This document shows, in pieces, positions 8,725 to 19,275 of a DNA stretch of 64,000 nt. How positions within the stretch are numbered: position 1 is the first letter of the stretch; every line of letters starts with the position of its first letter. The notes under the pieces were generated by a model, which was given only the letters and a program-made list of their open reading frames with translations, had not been told where the DNA came from and made no database searches. The translations under genes and the position numbers were made by a program. Source of the stretch: an uncultured Bacteroidales bacterium (GTDB taxonomy: Bacteria; Bacteroidota; Bacteroidia; Bacteroidales; UBA7960); NCBI GenBank assembly GCA_964601515.1, contig CAZRNU010000002.1:2755-66754 (forward strand), written 5' to 3'.

Positions 8725-8856
8725 ATTATTCACTTTTAATATCTAATATGTTTCATTTTCAAATTACTTCGGCACCCTCCAGCCTACATGAAGAGTTGCT
8801 GACATAATCACATATTTCATTCCTAATACGTTATACCTTATACCCTTACCTTACAC

Positions 8857-9213
8857 CTACTTCACCCCAAGAATATCGCCAATAGCCTTAACCATAGCAT
8901 CTTTAGGAAGTGCACCTGCAGCCATTTGCGGCTGTCCTTCTTTCGGGATAAACAGAATGGAAGGGATGCTTCTGATTCCAAATACTGCCGCAAGTTCTTG
9001 TTCTTTTTCTGTGTCAATTTTATAAACATCCAGTTTGCCGTCAAAATCCTTACTTAACTCTTCCATAACCGGAGCAAGCATTTTACAGGGTCCACACCAA
9101 TCTGCATAAAAATCAACAATTGCAGGCTTATCGCCGTTAAACTTCCATTCTTTGTTATTCTCATAATCAAACACTTTTTCTATAAAAGTGTCTTTTGTTA
9201 AATTAGTTGCCAT
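8857..9213 (-). CDS. trxA: Thioredoxin
   Basis: VDFYADWCGPCK. Confidence 0.93.
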   Translation of the reverse strand: MATNLTKDTFIEKVFDYENNKEWKFNGDKPAIVDFYADWCGPCKMLAPVMEELSKDFDGKLDVYKIDTEKEQELAAVFGIRSIPSILFIPKEGQPQMAAGALPKDAMVKAIGDILGVK

Positions 9214-9237
9214 TTTTTAGAAATTATTTTGTTAATA

Positions 9238-9720
9238 TTATTTGAATTCATTTAAAGCATTTAGCAAAGTTTCTTTTTGCTGAACTCCAACATAACGTCT
9301 TACAAGTTTTCCATCTTTAAATAAAAGAAGTGTTGGAATATTTTGGATATTATAGGTTGTAGCAACTCCACCGTTTCTATCTACATCAACTTTGGCTATT
9401 TTTGCCCATGAGCCAACTTCCTTAGCCAAATCATCAATAATTGGCCCCTGCACACGACATGGAGGACACCATACTGCCCAAAAATCAACCAATACAATTC
9501 CAGTAGAGATTGTTTCATCAAAAGTAATTTCTGTCAAATCCACAGCTTTAAATACTTCATCATTAATTACTTCTTTAGAGTCCTCTACAATAGTCTTTTC
9601 AGTAGTGGATTCATTTGATGGCGCATTCACCTTTGAACCATTGCTGCTGGCTGAACAAGAATAAAAAGTTAATGCTACTGATACGCTTAATACGATTGCT
9701 ACATTTTTAAGAAAATTCAT
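9238..9720 (-). CDS. Thioredoxin, exported lipoprotein
   Basis: Lipobox TFYSC; active site DFWAVWCPPC. Confidence 0.88.
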   Translation of the reverse strand: MNFLKNVAIVLSVSVALTFYSCSASSNGSKVNAPSNESTTEKTIVEDSKEVINDEVFKAVDLTEITFDETISTGIVLVDFWAVWCPPCRVQGPIIDDLAKEVGSWAKIAKVDVDRNGGVATTYNIQNIPTLLLFKDGKLVRRYVGVQQKETLLNALNEFK

Positions 9721-9989
9721 AATGCTTAATTTTAGTTTTTTATTAAAATTGTTTTTGCAAATATAATTTGTTATACAATACCTGAAACAACACCAAGTTC
9801 AATTTGTTCAATTATATGCATTTATTTAGATATGTTCATATAAAAACGAAATTGATAACTTTTTATTATAGTATAAATATGTAAGAATTGTGGAATACTT
9901 ATTGATTTGTTTAACACATTTAAATTAAGAAATTTAGTAACTTTGGCATATTGAAAATGTCTAACATAATCTTTCAAAAATAAGTCATC

Positions 9990-10712
9990 ATGAAAACAAA
10001 AGCATTTCTCACCGCTCTACTAATATCAGTAACTACTGCTTTAACTACCACATCTTGCGAAGAACTTCTTGACTTGTTTAATTCCGGGTTAACAGAAGAG
10101 CAAGTAATTGAAGGCTTGAAGGAAGCCTTAGTGGTTGGAACAGACAATTCTGTTGTTAAAGCTAATGCAGCAGATGGTTATTTTCTACATCCTGTTATAA
10201 AAATACCCTTCCCCCCGGAAGCCGAAACGGCAAAGAACATTTTGATTAATCAACTTGGTATGGGGTCAATAGTGAATGATTTTATTCTAGAGTTAAATCG
10301 AGCTGCTGAAGATGCTGCTCAAAAAGCAAAACCAATTTTCATAGATGCAATTACTTCCATAACAATAGAAGATGCATGGGGTATACTAAAAGGATCTGAC
10401 AATGCAGCAACATCATATTTACATGACAAAACTTACACTAGTCTAATTGCCGCATTTGCACCTGACATTACTGCTTCATTAACCAAAGTTGGTGCTGCAC
10501 AAACTTGGAATACATTGGCCAGTGCATATAATCAATACGCAAATATATCCCCTATTCATGATCCGATAAATACAGATCTTGGCGCTTATGCTACAGGCAA
10601 AGCACTTGATGGTTTATTTTTCCTAGTTGAAGAAGAGGAGTATAAAATTCGCACTGACCCTACATCCAGAGTTACTGAACTTTTACAGCAAGTTTTTGCT
10701 GAACAGGATTAA
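9990..10712 (+). CDS. DUF4197 domain lipoprotein
   Basis: GLKEALVVG, MNRAAE-like ELNRAAEDAA, DAWGILKGSDNAATSYL, ALDGLF...EEEYKIRTDP; -7 box TAACTTTG at 9938-9945. Confidence 0.88.
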   Translation: MKTKAFLTALLISVTTALTTTSCEELLDLFNSGLTEEQVIEGLKEALVVGTDNSVVKANAADGYFLHPVIKIPFPPEAETAKNILINQLGMGSIVNDFILELNRAAEDAAQKAKPIFIDAITSITIEDAWGILKGSDNAATSYLHDKTYTSLIAAFAPDITASLTKVGAAQTWNTLASAYNQYANISPIHDPINTDLGAYATGKALDGLFFLVEEEEYKIRTDPTSRVTELLQQVFAEQD

Positions 10713-10749
10713 AAAAAGAGGGGTAACATAAAATATTACCCCTCTTTTT
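10713..10749. terminator. Bidirectional intrinsic terminator
   Basis: AAAAAGAGGGGTAA / TTACCCCTCTTTTT between convergent genes. Confidence 0.9.
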
Positions 10750-10766
10750 ATTTTACAAATGCTATG

Positions 10767-11753
10767 TTATTCTATCCCTGAAAAATGTTTCATGAATTGA
10801 ACCCTTTGATAAGCTGCAGGGTGAGCAATCTTCTCATAGCTCATCATTCCGGCAAAATCAGATATTTTTTCATATTTGCGACTTTCCATCCAGGAAATAA
10901 TTTGCTTATTGATTAGTTCTAAATGCCCTAGCCCGTTTTTATACAATGTAGAGCAAACCTGCACAGCTTTAGCTCCGGCAAGAATCTGCTTTACAACTCC
11001 GTTGCCATCGTGAACTCCGGTGGAAGCACATAAGTCAATTTTCACTTTGTCAGACATTATAGCAATCCACCTCAAAGGCATAGAAATCTCTTCCGGCGTG
11101 CTATAAACGTTAATAGGCTTAATTTTCAAATCATTTATATCAATATCAGGGCTGAAAAATCTATTAAACAATACCAAGCCTTTTATACCTGTCCAAGACA
11201 ACTTTTTAATCATTTCAGCTAGTCCTGAAAAGTGGTAAGAGATTTTTATTGAAATTGGAATGCTTATCTCACTTTTAACCTTTTCAATTATCTCGAAATA
11301 AACTTTTTCGTACTGGCTACCCATAATATCAGGATCTGCAGGCAGTGCAAAAATATTCAGTTCAAGAGCATCTGCGCCTGCATCCTGAATCTTTTTAGCG
11401 AATGAAGTCCACTCACTTGCGGTAACACAATTTATACTTGCGATAACCGGAATATTAATAGAGCTTTTTGCCTGATGAATAAAATCTAGATATTCATCTA
11501 GTTTATGAGATTGAGCATAGTTGTGAATATAATCGTATGCCTCAGTATATGCATTCTGCATATCGTCGTGAGCCATAACCTTGTGAGATTCAAAAGCAAT
11601 CTGTTCCTCGAACAATGATTTTAAGACAACAGCTCCAGCTCCACTTTTCTCTATAGCCTTTAGATTTTCTATTGAGCGTGTAAGCCCTGAGCTACCCACA
11701 ATAACAGGGCTCTTTAATGTAATTCCTAAATAATTGGTTGATAGGTCAATCAT
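10767..11753 (-). CDS. Dihydroorotate dehydrogenase-like flavoprotein
   Basis: LSTNYLGITLKSP, GAVVLKSLFEEQ, ADALELN, LVLFNRF, GVHDG...ILAGAKAVQVCS. Confidence 0.88.
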   Translation of the reverse strand: MIDLSTNYLGITLKSPVIVGSSGLTRSIENLKAIEKSGAGAVVLKSLFEEQIAFESHKVMAHDDMQNAYTEAYDYIHNYAQSHKLDEYLDFIHQAKSSINIPVIASINCVTASEWTSFAKKIQDAGADALELNIFALPADPDIMGSQYEKVYFEIIEKVKSEISIPISIKISYHFSGLAEMIKKLSWTGIKGLVLFNRFFSPDIDINDLKIKPINVYSTPEEISMPLRWIAIMSDKVKIDLCASTGVHDGNGVVKQILAGAKAVQVCSTLYKNGLGHLELINKQIISWMESRKYEKISDFAGMMSYEKIAHPAAYQRVQFMKHFSGIE

Positions 11754-11926
11754 GGTATTATGCTTTAATATTTAATTAATAGTCAAATTCATTTTTACCA
11801 GCAACAAAAATAATTATACATTTTTATTATTCAATAAAAATTATTACATCATTTTTAACACCTTCGTCAATAATTTTATCAAAACACTTAACTTTGGGCT
11901 TAGCAATTTTTAGTTAATCTATAAAA

Positions 11927-13453
11927 ATGAGTGAAACAAGTAATTTACAGCCACACCCACAAAAGGTTATTATCCACGAAGGCTCATTTCGGACGTTATT
12001 GGAACCTCTTCTTGTACTTTTCAACAATGCATCCGAAAAGATTCTTCCCGGGAAAGATTACCATATTGCATATAGTATTCCCGGAGGAGCATATGGCTAC
12101 TATAAAGATTTTGTCCCAAGTGAAGAGCAGATTGAGAAAATAAAAAGAGAAATTGAAAAAAACATAAAGCTGAAAGTAGAATTTAAGCATGATGTTTTAC
12201 CAAAGCAAAAAGTAATTAGGTATTTTGAAAATATTAAAAGACAAGATATTTATACTCTATTAAATTCTCAAAACCATGACTCTGAAATAGAAGGTCTGAG
12301 GCTAGTTCATTTAAACGGTGGTGGCGAATTATTTCTAAATCATGTTTCAGAGAATTGGGAAAAACTCGAAAAATTTAAGCTATTTCTTTTTAATAAAGGG
12401 TTTTTCCTGATTGCAGACACAGAATTTTTCAACAGGATTATGCCGGAGAGACTCGAATTGAGTAAATATCTAAAAAGGTTTGAGGAATCTGATGATGCAA
12501 TGAAAAGCATAGGTATTTCAACTGTTGCCGAACTAAATGAAGCAATTAGAGAAGGAGAGCTCCCTGAGTTAATCAAAATATCTGAAGCATATCAGGCAAA
12601 AAGGATAGGTCGAATTGCTGATAATATTGTTAGTCACCCGCTTAAACCGAGAGTAATATTTCTTGCAGGGCCTACATCATCAGGAAAAACGACATCGGCG
12701 AACAGATTGTACATTGAGTTGAAAGTTTTAATGAAGAAAGTTTTGATAATATCATTGGATAATTTTTATTTACCTCATTCACAAATACCATTCGATCCCG
12801 AAACCGGGATACAGAACTTCGAACTTATTTCAGCATTAAATCTTGAGTTGATAAGAGAAACTATAAATAATCTTATCTCAGGGAAAGAAGTCCATTTACC
12901 TCGATATCATTTCGATGGCAAAGGGGCAACACCTGAAGAAAAAGCGACACAAATCAATTCCGAAACATATATTATTGTTGAAGGAATTCACGGCCTAAAT
13001 CCTGAATTATGGAGAAATGTGATGGATGTTGACTCATACAGATTGTATGTTTCAGCACTTAACACCCTTAATATACACGACCATCTTCCATTTTCAACAT
13101 CTGAGCACAGGTTAATAAGAAGATTAATACGCGACCATCTATTCAGAGGATACGATTTTAACGAAACATTGAAAAGGTGGCCTGATGTCATAAAAAATGA
13201 ATATCAAAGTATTTTTCCATTTCAGGAGAGTGCACATGCCATTTTCAACTCAGCACTAATGTATGAAATTGCAGTTTTCGCGCATTACGCCCCAAGCATA
13301 CTTATACCTGAAAAAGCTGAAAATGAACATATCAAAGAACAGGTAAAAAAACTCAATAGAATTCTTACATTATTCAATCCGATGGATCCTCAAGACATCC
13401 CTCCAACATCAATACTTAGGGAGTTTATTGGAGGAAGTAGCTTTAAGTATTAA
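11927..13453 (+). CDS. Nucleoside (uridine/PRK family) kinase with N-terminal ThrRS-like region
   Basis: Walker A LAGPTSSGKTT, ISLDNF, IIVEGIHGLN, RLIRRLIRD; -7 box TAACTTTG at 11889-11896. Confidence 0.85.
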   Translation: MSETSNLQPHPQKVIIHEGSFRTLLEPLLVLFNNASEKILPGKDYHIAYSIPGGAYGYYKDFVPSEEQIEKIKREIEKNIKLKVEFKHDVLPKQKVIRYFENIKRQDIYTLLNSQNHDSEIEGLRLVHLNGGGELFLNHVSENWEKLEKFKLFLFNKGFFLIADTEFFNRIMPERLELSKYLKRFEESDDAMKSIGISTVAELNEAIREGELPELIKISEAYQAKRIGRIADNIVSHPLKPRVIFLAGPTSSGKTTSANRLYIELKVLMKKVLIISLDNFYLPHSQIPFDPETGIQNFELISALNLELIRETINNLISGKEVHLPRYHFDGKGATPEEKATQINSETYIIVEGIHGLNPELWRNVMDVDSYRLYVSALNTLNIHDHLPFSTSEHRLIRRLIRDHLFRGYDFNETLKRWPDVIKNEYQSIFPFQESAHAIFNSALMYEIAVFAHYAPSILIPEKAENEHIKEQVKKLNRILTLFNPMDPQDIPPTSILREFIGGSSFKY

Positions 13454-13457
13454 AAAT

Positions 13458-15110
13458 ATGAAAACATTTAGCCAAGCTATAACGTTGTTATTGGCGATAT
13501 CATTATTATCATGTAATATGGGCAACGAAAAGCACATTACTGCTGATCTTATAATTACCAATGCTACTATATACACTGTCGACAATGAGTTTTCGACGGC
13601 TCAGTGCATGGCAATTCTTGACGGTAAAATTATTGACATCGGCAGCAATTCTGAAATACTTGAAAAATATTCTTCAAAAGAGGTTATTGATTTTGCGGGG
13701 AAATTTGTTTATCCCGGATTTATAGACCCTCATGCACATTTTTTTGGTTACGGCAAAAGCCTACTAAATGCTGATTTATATGGGGCTAAATCATTTGAAG
13801 AGGTTATTGAAATAATCAAAAAGCATCATAATGACTATCCGTCTGAATGGATTTTGGGAAGAGGCTGGGACCAAAATGAATGGGATGTAAAGGAATTTCC
13901 CAACAGAACACAAATAGACAAAGTTTTTCCGGATGTGCCGGTTTTATTAAGAAGAGTGGATGGACATGCTGCAATAGCCAACACTGAAGCTTTAAATAGA
14001 GCGGGTATTAAAAAAGCAAAAGAAGTAATCGGGGGAAAAATAGAATTCAAAAATGGAGAGTTAACGGGCATTTTAATCGGAAGTGCAATATATTTAGTTG
14101 ATGAAATTATTCCAAAACCGAAGAAAGAAGTTTTAATTGAAGCGTTAATAAACGGCCAGAACAACTTATTTGCTGTAGGACTAACGAGCATAGGCGATGC
14201 AGGATTAGAAAAAGAAACAATTCTAATGATAGATTCATTGCATAAATCCGGAAAACTTAAATTAAAAATTTATGCAATGTTATCTCCAACTGAAGAAAAT
14301 TTCGAGCACTTTGCATCAAAGGGTTATTATAAAACTTCACATTTAAATGTAAGATCAATAAAACTGTTTGCAGACGGCGCATTAGGTTCTCGCGGAGCAA
14401 AACTACTGGAGCCATATTCAGACGACATAAAAAACTCAGGTATTTTGGAAAACACTGTTGATTTTCTTCAAGAAATTGCCCAAAAAGCATATGATTATGA
14501 TTATCAGCTAAACACACACTGTATTGGAGATTCTGCAAATAGACTGATGTTGAATATTTACGGAGACTTATTAAAAGAACAAAACGACCGACGCTGGAGA
14601 ATTGAACATGCTCAAATTGTTCATCCTAATGATATAGATAAATTCAGAAAATTCAGCATAATTCCATCTATTCAGGCTATCCACGCTACTTCTGATATGC
14701 TCTGGGCCATAAACAGACTTGGAAAAGAAAGAATAATAAATGCTTATGCATTAAAAGCGCTACTGAATCAGAATGGATGGCTGCCAAATGGAAGCGACTT
14801 CCCTGTAGAACCAATCAATCCACTTTTTGGATTTTACGCTGCATTTGAGAGAAAAAACGCTGACGGCATCCCTGAAGGCGGATTCCAAATGGAAAATGCA
14901 CTTACAAGAGAAGAAGCTTTAAAAGCTATGACAATTTGGTCTGCAAAAGCGCAATTCGAAGAGCAAGAAAAAGGCAGTCTCGAAATTGGAAAATATGCTG
15001 ATTTTGTAGTATTTGATAAAGATATTATGACAATACCCGGTCATGAAATTCTAACACTAAAAGTTTATAAAACTTATGTAAATGGAGAATTAGTTTATGA
15101 AAATAAATAG
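13458..15110 (+). CDS. Amidohydrolase (YtcJ-like, amidohydro_3), lipoprotein
   Basis: PGFIDPHAH, KLFADGALGSRGA, HCIGD, RIEHAQ, GSDFPV. Start reassigned to ATG 13458 (MKTFSQAITLLLAISLLSC). Confidence 0.9.
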   Translation: MKTFSQAITLLLAISLLSCNMGNEKHITADLIITNATIYTVDNEFSTAQCMAILDGKIIDIGSNSEILEKYSSKEVIDFAGKFVYPGFIDPHAHFFGYGKSLLNADLYGAKSFEEVIEIIKKHHNDYPSEWILGRGWDQNEWDVKEFPNRTQIDKVFPDVPVLLRRVDGHAAIANTEALNRAGIKKAKEVIGGKIEFKNGELTGILIGSAIYLVDEIIPKPKKEVLIEALINGQNNLFAVGLTSIGDAGLEKETILMIDSLHKSGKLKLKIYAMLSPTEENFEHFASKGYYKTSHLNVRSIKLFADGALGSRGAKLLEPYSDDIKNSGILENTVDFLQEIAQKAYDYDYQLNTHCIGDSANRLMLNIYGDLLKEQNDRRWRIEHAQIVHPNDIDKFRKFSIIPSIQAIHATSDMLWAINRLGKERIINAYALKALLNQNGWLPNGSDFPVEPINPLFGFYAAFERKNADGIPEGGFQMENALTREEALKAMTIWSAKAQFEEQEKGSLEIGKYADFVVFDKDIMTIPGHEILTLKVYKTYVNGELVYENK

Positions 15111-15175
15111 TTAAGGTTAAGGTTAAGGTTGAGGTTAAGGTTAAGGTTGAGGTTAAGGTTAAGGTTAAGGTTGAA
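15110..15175. repeat. Hexamer tandem repeat GTT(A/G)AG x11
   Basis: (GTTAAG)3 GTTGAG (GTTAAG)2 GTTGAG (GTTAAG)3 GTTGAA, starting in the stop codon of the amidohydrolase. Confidence 0.95.
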
Positions 15176-15196
15176 TAATTAATAATTTTAAAAGAA

Positions 15197-16618
15197 ATGA
15201 AAATGATTAGAAGAAGAGTTTTTCCAATAGTTTTATTAGTAATAGTTTGCATTAGCTGCTTTTGTTCATTTGCCAAAGAAGGATATCACATTAAGGTTAA
15301 TATCAATGGATTAAAAGATACTACCTCCATACTTGCTTATTATTATGGGAATAATCAATACGTAAAAGACACTGCATACGTTGACAGCAAAGGCTTTTTT
15401 GAATTTAAGGGAGATTCAACTCTTGAAAAAGGCATGTATATGATTGTGCTACCCGGACAACAATATTTTGATATTATAATCGATAATGATCAATTTTTTG
15501 AAATTAATTCCGACATAAAAGATATTTCCGGAAAGCTTACTTTTAAAGGCTCTGCAGAAAATTCAGCGTTTTATGAATACTTAAGAACTCTAAAGCCACT
15601 GTCTGAAAACATTACAGAATTAAGAAAAATAATGAATGAGCTCGAACTTGGAACAGAAAGGCGAGAATCTGTATTGAAACAGATAAAAGATTTAGAAGAA
15701 AAGGCGCAGATTTTACAAAAAGACTTCTTAAATGACAATCCTAAAGGTTTATTTTCATCTGTTTTAATGGCTCAACAGGTTGTACCCGTTCCTGAGCCCC
15801 CTATTAAAGCCGATGGTACTCCGGACAGAGAACTACTTTATTTCATGTTTCTAGACGAATATTGGAAGAATGTTGACTTAAAAGATGAAAGGCTATTACG
15901 AACTCCTGTATTTCATCAGAAACTTAATCAGTTTTTCTCTTCAGTAGTTATACAAATACCCGATAGCATTATTACGGCAGCCGATCGTTTTATAGATAAA
16001 ACTCGAGGAAATAATGAAATGTTTAAATATGTTGTTTGGTTCGTAATGAATCTTTCTGAACGTTCAAACATTATGGGTATGGATGCGGTGTTTGTTCATA
16101 TGGCAGAGAAATATTACATATCCGGAGAAGCATTTTGGGTTAGCGAGGAACAACTTGACCGAATAACAAAACGTGCAATTGCTCAGAAGCCTCTATTGAT
16201 TGGAGCAGTCGCACCTGATATCAATGTATTTACTCCTGATAGAAAGACTATTTCATTACATGAGATAGAATCAAAATATTTAGTGCTTTATTTTTGGGAT
16301 TCAGACTGTTCGCACTGTAAGGTTGTAACACCAAAACTAAAAGAAGTTTATAGCAAGATACAGAATAAAGGGATAAAAGTGTTTGCTGTTAACACAGAGG
16401 CTAGCAGGGAAGACTGGCTGAATTATATCGAAAAGAACAAACTTGAATGGATAAACGTTCACGACCCTGTTAATACAAGCGGATTTAGGGAAAAATATGA
16501 CCTATTTGCAGTTCCAATTATATACGTACTGGATAAAGACAAAAAGATTATTGCCAAGAAAATCAACCCTGAGCAACTTGAAGAACTAATAAATCATTAC
16601 GAGAGAATGAATAAATAA
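15197..16618 (+). CDS. Exported TlpA/redoxin-domain protein (DUF4369/DUF5106-type N-terminus)
   Basis: Signal peptide; DERLLRTP motif; C-terminal LYFWDSDCSHC thioredoxin-like domain. Confidence 0.85.
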   Translation: MKMIRRRVFPIVLLVIVCISCFCSFAKEGYHIKVNINGLKDTTSILAYYYGNNQYVKDTAYVDSKGFFEFKGDSTLEKGMYMIVLPGQQYFDIIIDNDQFFEINSDIKDISGKLTFKGSAENSAFYEYLRTLKPLSENITELRKIMNELELGTERRESVLKQIKDLEEKAQILQKDFLNDNPKGLFSSVLMAQQVVPVPEPPIKADGTPDRELLYFMFLDEYWKNVDLKDERLLRTPVFHQKLNQFFSSVVIQIPDSIITAADRFIDKTRGNNEMFKYVVWFVMNLSERSNIMGMDAVFVHMAEKYYISGEAFWVSEEQLDRITKRAIAQKPLLIGAVAPDINVFTPDRKTISLHEIESKYLVLYFWDSDCSHCKVVTPKLKEVYSKIQNKGIKVFAVNTEASREDWLNYIEKNKLEWINVHDPVNTSGFREKYDLFAVPIIYVLDKDKKIIAKKINPEQLEELINHYERMNK

Positions 16619-16625
16619 GGTTATT

Positions 16626-18167
16626 CTATCTGTGTTCTTTTCTTAACAAATCGTTTACTGATTTAACAGGATTAAATGTAATAAGCGGCACTTCAACAAA
16701 TATCGTTATCCATTTAGCCATTGCACCATTCCATAAACCCGGAAGTTCTAGTGCCTTTAGGTCTTTACCATTTTTTGATTTATGACTTATAAAACAAGTG
16801 TCATTATCAATAAACTGCCTTAAATCAAACTGTTCTCCATTCCAACCTCTAATTGCACAAACAAGATCAACAGGGTTAAAATGTGTAGCTTTTTTAAATA
16901 TTAATTCTTGTCCCGGGTCTTTCATATTAACTTGCGACGACTCCACAATTTGCAATGAAGCAGAATTGCTTTTATGATCAAAAACCCAGAATGGACCACC
17001 GCCCGGCTCACCTTCATTCTTAACCATTCCGCACACTCTAACAGGCCTGTCGAGAATATTCGGAAGAATTTCAATTCCTTCGGAAAAACTTTCAGGGATA
17101 AGAGAAGGGTCTATATTCAATTTATCAATAACGAATTCTCTAACATTATGGTAATCTTCTTTAATGAATTCATTTTCATAAATTTTTCTAAGAATTTCAT
17201 GAATTCTAACTTGTAAATCAATTAGCAAACCGCCTATTACTTTTTTATAAATAATGGTTGGTTCTTTTAGGGAATCAGGAACAACATTATCAATATTTTT
17301 TATAAAAACAAAATCACCATCCAGATCGTTAAGGTTTTCTATCAAAGCGCCGTGCCCTCCCGGTCTAAAATGCAAGCTATTATCAGACTCGCGAAACGGA
17401 TTATTATCCATATCAACAGCAATAGTATCCGTTGAAGTTTTTTGGAGAGAAAAGCTTATCTCATAGTTCACTTCATATTGCTTCCCATATAATGGGACTA
17501 ACTCATCTGTTAGTCTTGCAAAATGCTCTCTGTGGTCAGGAGATACTGTAAAATGAATATGAACTGTTCCATCCTGCATTCTGGCGTAATTTGCGCCTTC
17601 TACCAAATGTTCTTCAATCGGAGTCCTAACCAATCCCTTATCAGCATAATTATGAAACTTAAGCAATCCTTTAGGCAAAGAAGCGTAATCCAGTCCTGTT
17701 TCAGTTAGCAACAATTCAAGTATTAGCTTATAATTTTTAGAATGATAGCATTGCTCAGGATCAATTGCTTTGGCTTCCATGACTTTTGCAAGGTCGCTCC
17801 ACAAAGCCAAACTACGTAACTTTGAAAAGAATGCATTGGCCTCACAATTTTGTTTGCACAATTCATCGGGGCTCACTCCGGCATTAAGCTTATCAAGCCA
17901 ATTAAAGGCATCCTTAAACATCCTAGTTGCAGCACCACTTGCAGGAACAAACTTCACAACTGTGTAACTCGGGCTATTTTTTTCATAAATTTCAATCCAC
18001 CTTAAAAGTGATTTTTCATCAAGTCTTATAATTCCATCACCAACAATAGCAGGGCGGTCAAGTTTAATAGGAGAAATTCCTTTCTTAAATATTTCTAATT
18101 GGGCTTCAACTGATTCTATGGTGTTACCCATTGCAGAAATCTGCTCTATATCTTTTTCAGTAAACAT
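16626..18167 (-). CDS. DUF4301 family protein
   Basis: KFVPASGAATRMFK, HFTVSPDH, FRPGGHGALIENLN, GEPGGGPFW, ELPGLWNGAMA. Confidence 0.92.
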   Translation of the reverse strand: MFTEKDIEQISAMGNTIESVEAQLEIFKKGISPIKLDRPAIVGDGIIRLDEKSLLRWIEIYEKNSPSYTVVKFVPASGAATRMFKDAFNWLDKLNAGVSPDELCKQNCEANAFFSKLRSLALWSDLAKVMEAKAIDPEQCYHSKNYKLILELLLTETGLDYASLPKGLLKFHNYADKGLVRTPIEEHLVEGANYARMQDGTVHIHFTVSPDHREHFARLTDELVPLYGKQYEVNYEISFSLQKTSTDTIAVDMDNNPFRESDNSLHFRPGGHGALIENLNDLDGDFVFIKNIDNVVPDSLKEPTIIYKKVIGGLLIDLQVRIHEILRKIYENEFIKEDYHNVREFVIDKLNIDPSLIPESFSEGIEILPNILDRPVRVCGMVKNEGEPGGGPFWVFDHKSNSASLQIVESSQVNMKDPGQELIFKKATHFNPVDLVCAIRGWNGEQFDLRQFIDNDTCFISHKSKNGKDLKALELPGLWNGAMAKWITIFVEVPLITFNPVKSVNDLLRKEHR

Positions 18168-18189
18168 AATTTTTAAATTAAACAGTTTA

Positions 18190-19275
18190 TTACTGATTTG
18201 TATTTATCGGTTTTGCAAGAAACCTTTCCTGAAATAATCTGATGTAATGATTGCTATTAGCTATCAAGTCTTGCAATAACTTTTTACACGCTTCCTTTTT
18301 GAAATCATCATCAAACATCAAGAATGACAAAAGAATTTCATTATTTTTCAGGCTAAAGGTAAGATTTTTTAAAACATAATTCTGTTGTAGAACAAATTCA
18401 TAAAACATAGCTATATTATCATCCGGCAGCAAACATATTGAAATATCAAAAACAACAAATTTAGTTTTATTTGAATACACTATTTTCACAATACCGCCTT
18501 GTTGTTCCAACTCCCATAAGAATGGTCCTGACCTTGATGTCACTGCATCAAATCCACACTCCTCGATAACACCTTCTATTTTCTTTACTATTCCTTCAGG
18601 GATATAAGCAGGTGGATCGTACTCATCGAGGCTGAATTTATGCCCACAATTACAACAATAACCATTATTTAATTCTTCTATAAGCTGTACCCTTCGGCAA
18701 GATGAACAACGTATTGAATTTTGTTCCTGATAGCTGTAATATAAATCCAAGTTTTCACTAATGTAATAAAATGGCAAAGCAAAACCTATATTTTCAGCCT
18801 CTTTAATTATCATAGTATTGAGTCCTACAACTTCAGCATTCGCATTGAATAATGGACCGCCACTATTACCCGGATTTAGAGGAGCATCAATCTGGATATA
18901 TTTAATTCCATTGTATTCTCGATCAACCTTTGAAATTATTCCTGAAGTTGATGTGTAATTCAAACTCATTGGATGTCCAATAGCCAAAACACTTTCACCT
19001 TCATTTACAGGGCCTTCAGACAAGTCAGGAAATTCTGCTTCAAACCCTTTAGGCTTTTCAAGAAAAGCTATATCTTGCAGCATGTCGACATATAAAACTC
19101 TAACAGCTTTCTTTTTTATATTCCTACCTGAAATTACCACTTCTTTATTTCCCTTAACAACATGAAAATTAGTTATAATTAGATCCCACCCGTTCAGAAT
19201 AAAACCACTTCCGAAGCTAAAGGGTGTGGTTATCTGAACAATAGCATCCTTATATCGGTCAATTATTTTATTCAT
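18190..19275 (-). CDS. Trypsin-like (S1C) serine protease with Zn-ribbon and C-terminal YbjN-like domain, no PDZ
   Basis: Triad ITNFHVV / DIAF / GNSGGP; CSSC...CCNCG; C-terminal FVLQQNYVLKNLTFSL resembling YbjN/CesT-like chaperones; no signal peptide. Confidence 0.85.
   Translation of the reverse strand: MNKIIDRYKDAIVQITTPFSFGSGFILNGWDLIITNFHVVKGNKEVVISGRNIKKKAVRVLYVDMLQDIAFLEKPKGFEAEFPDLSEGPVNEGESVLAIGHPMSLNYTSTSGIISKVDREYNGIKYIQIDAPLNPGNSGGPLFNANAEVVGLNTMIIKEAENIGFALPFYYISENLDLYYSYQEQNSIRCSSCRRVQLIEELNNGYCCNCGHKFSLDEYDPPAYIPEGIVKKIEGVIEECGFDAVTSRSGPFLWELEQQGGIVKIVYSNKTKFVVFDISICLLPDDNIAMFYEFVLQQNYVLKNLTFSLKNNEILLSFLMFDDDFKKEACKKLLQDLIANSNHYIRLFQERFLAKPINTNQ

Noticed and set aside
15025-15276. 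ORF with LTLTLTST repeats
   Set aside because: Antisense translation of the GTTAAG microsatellite.
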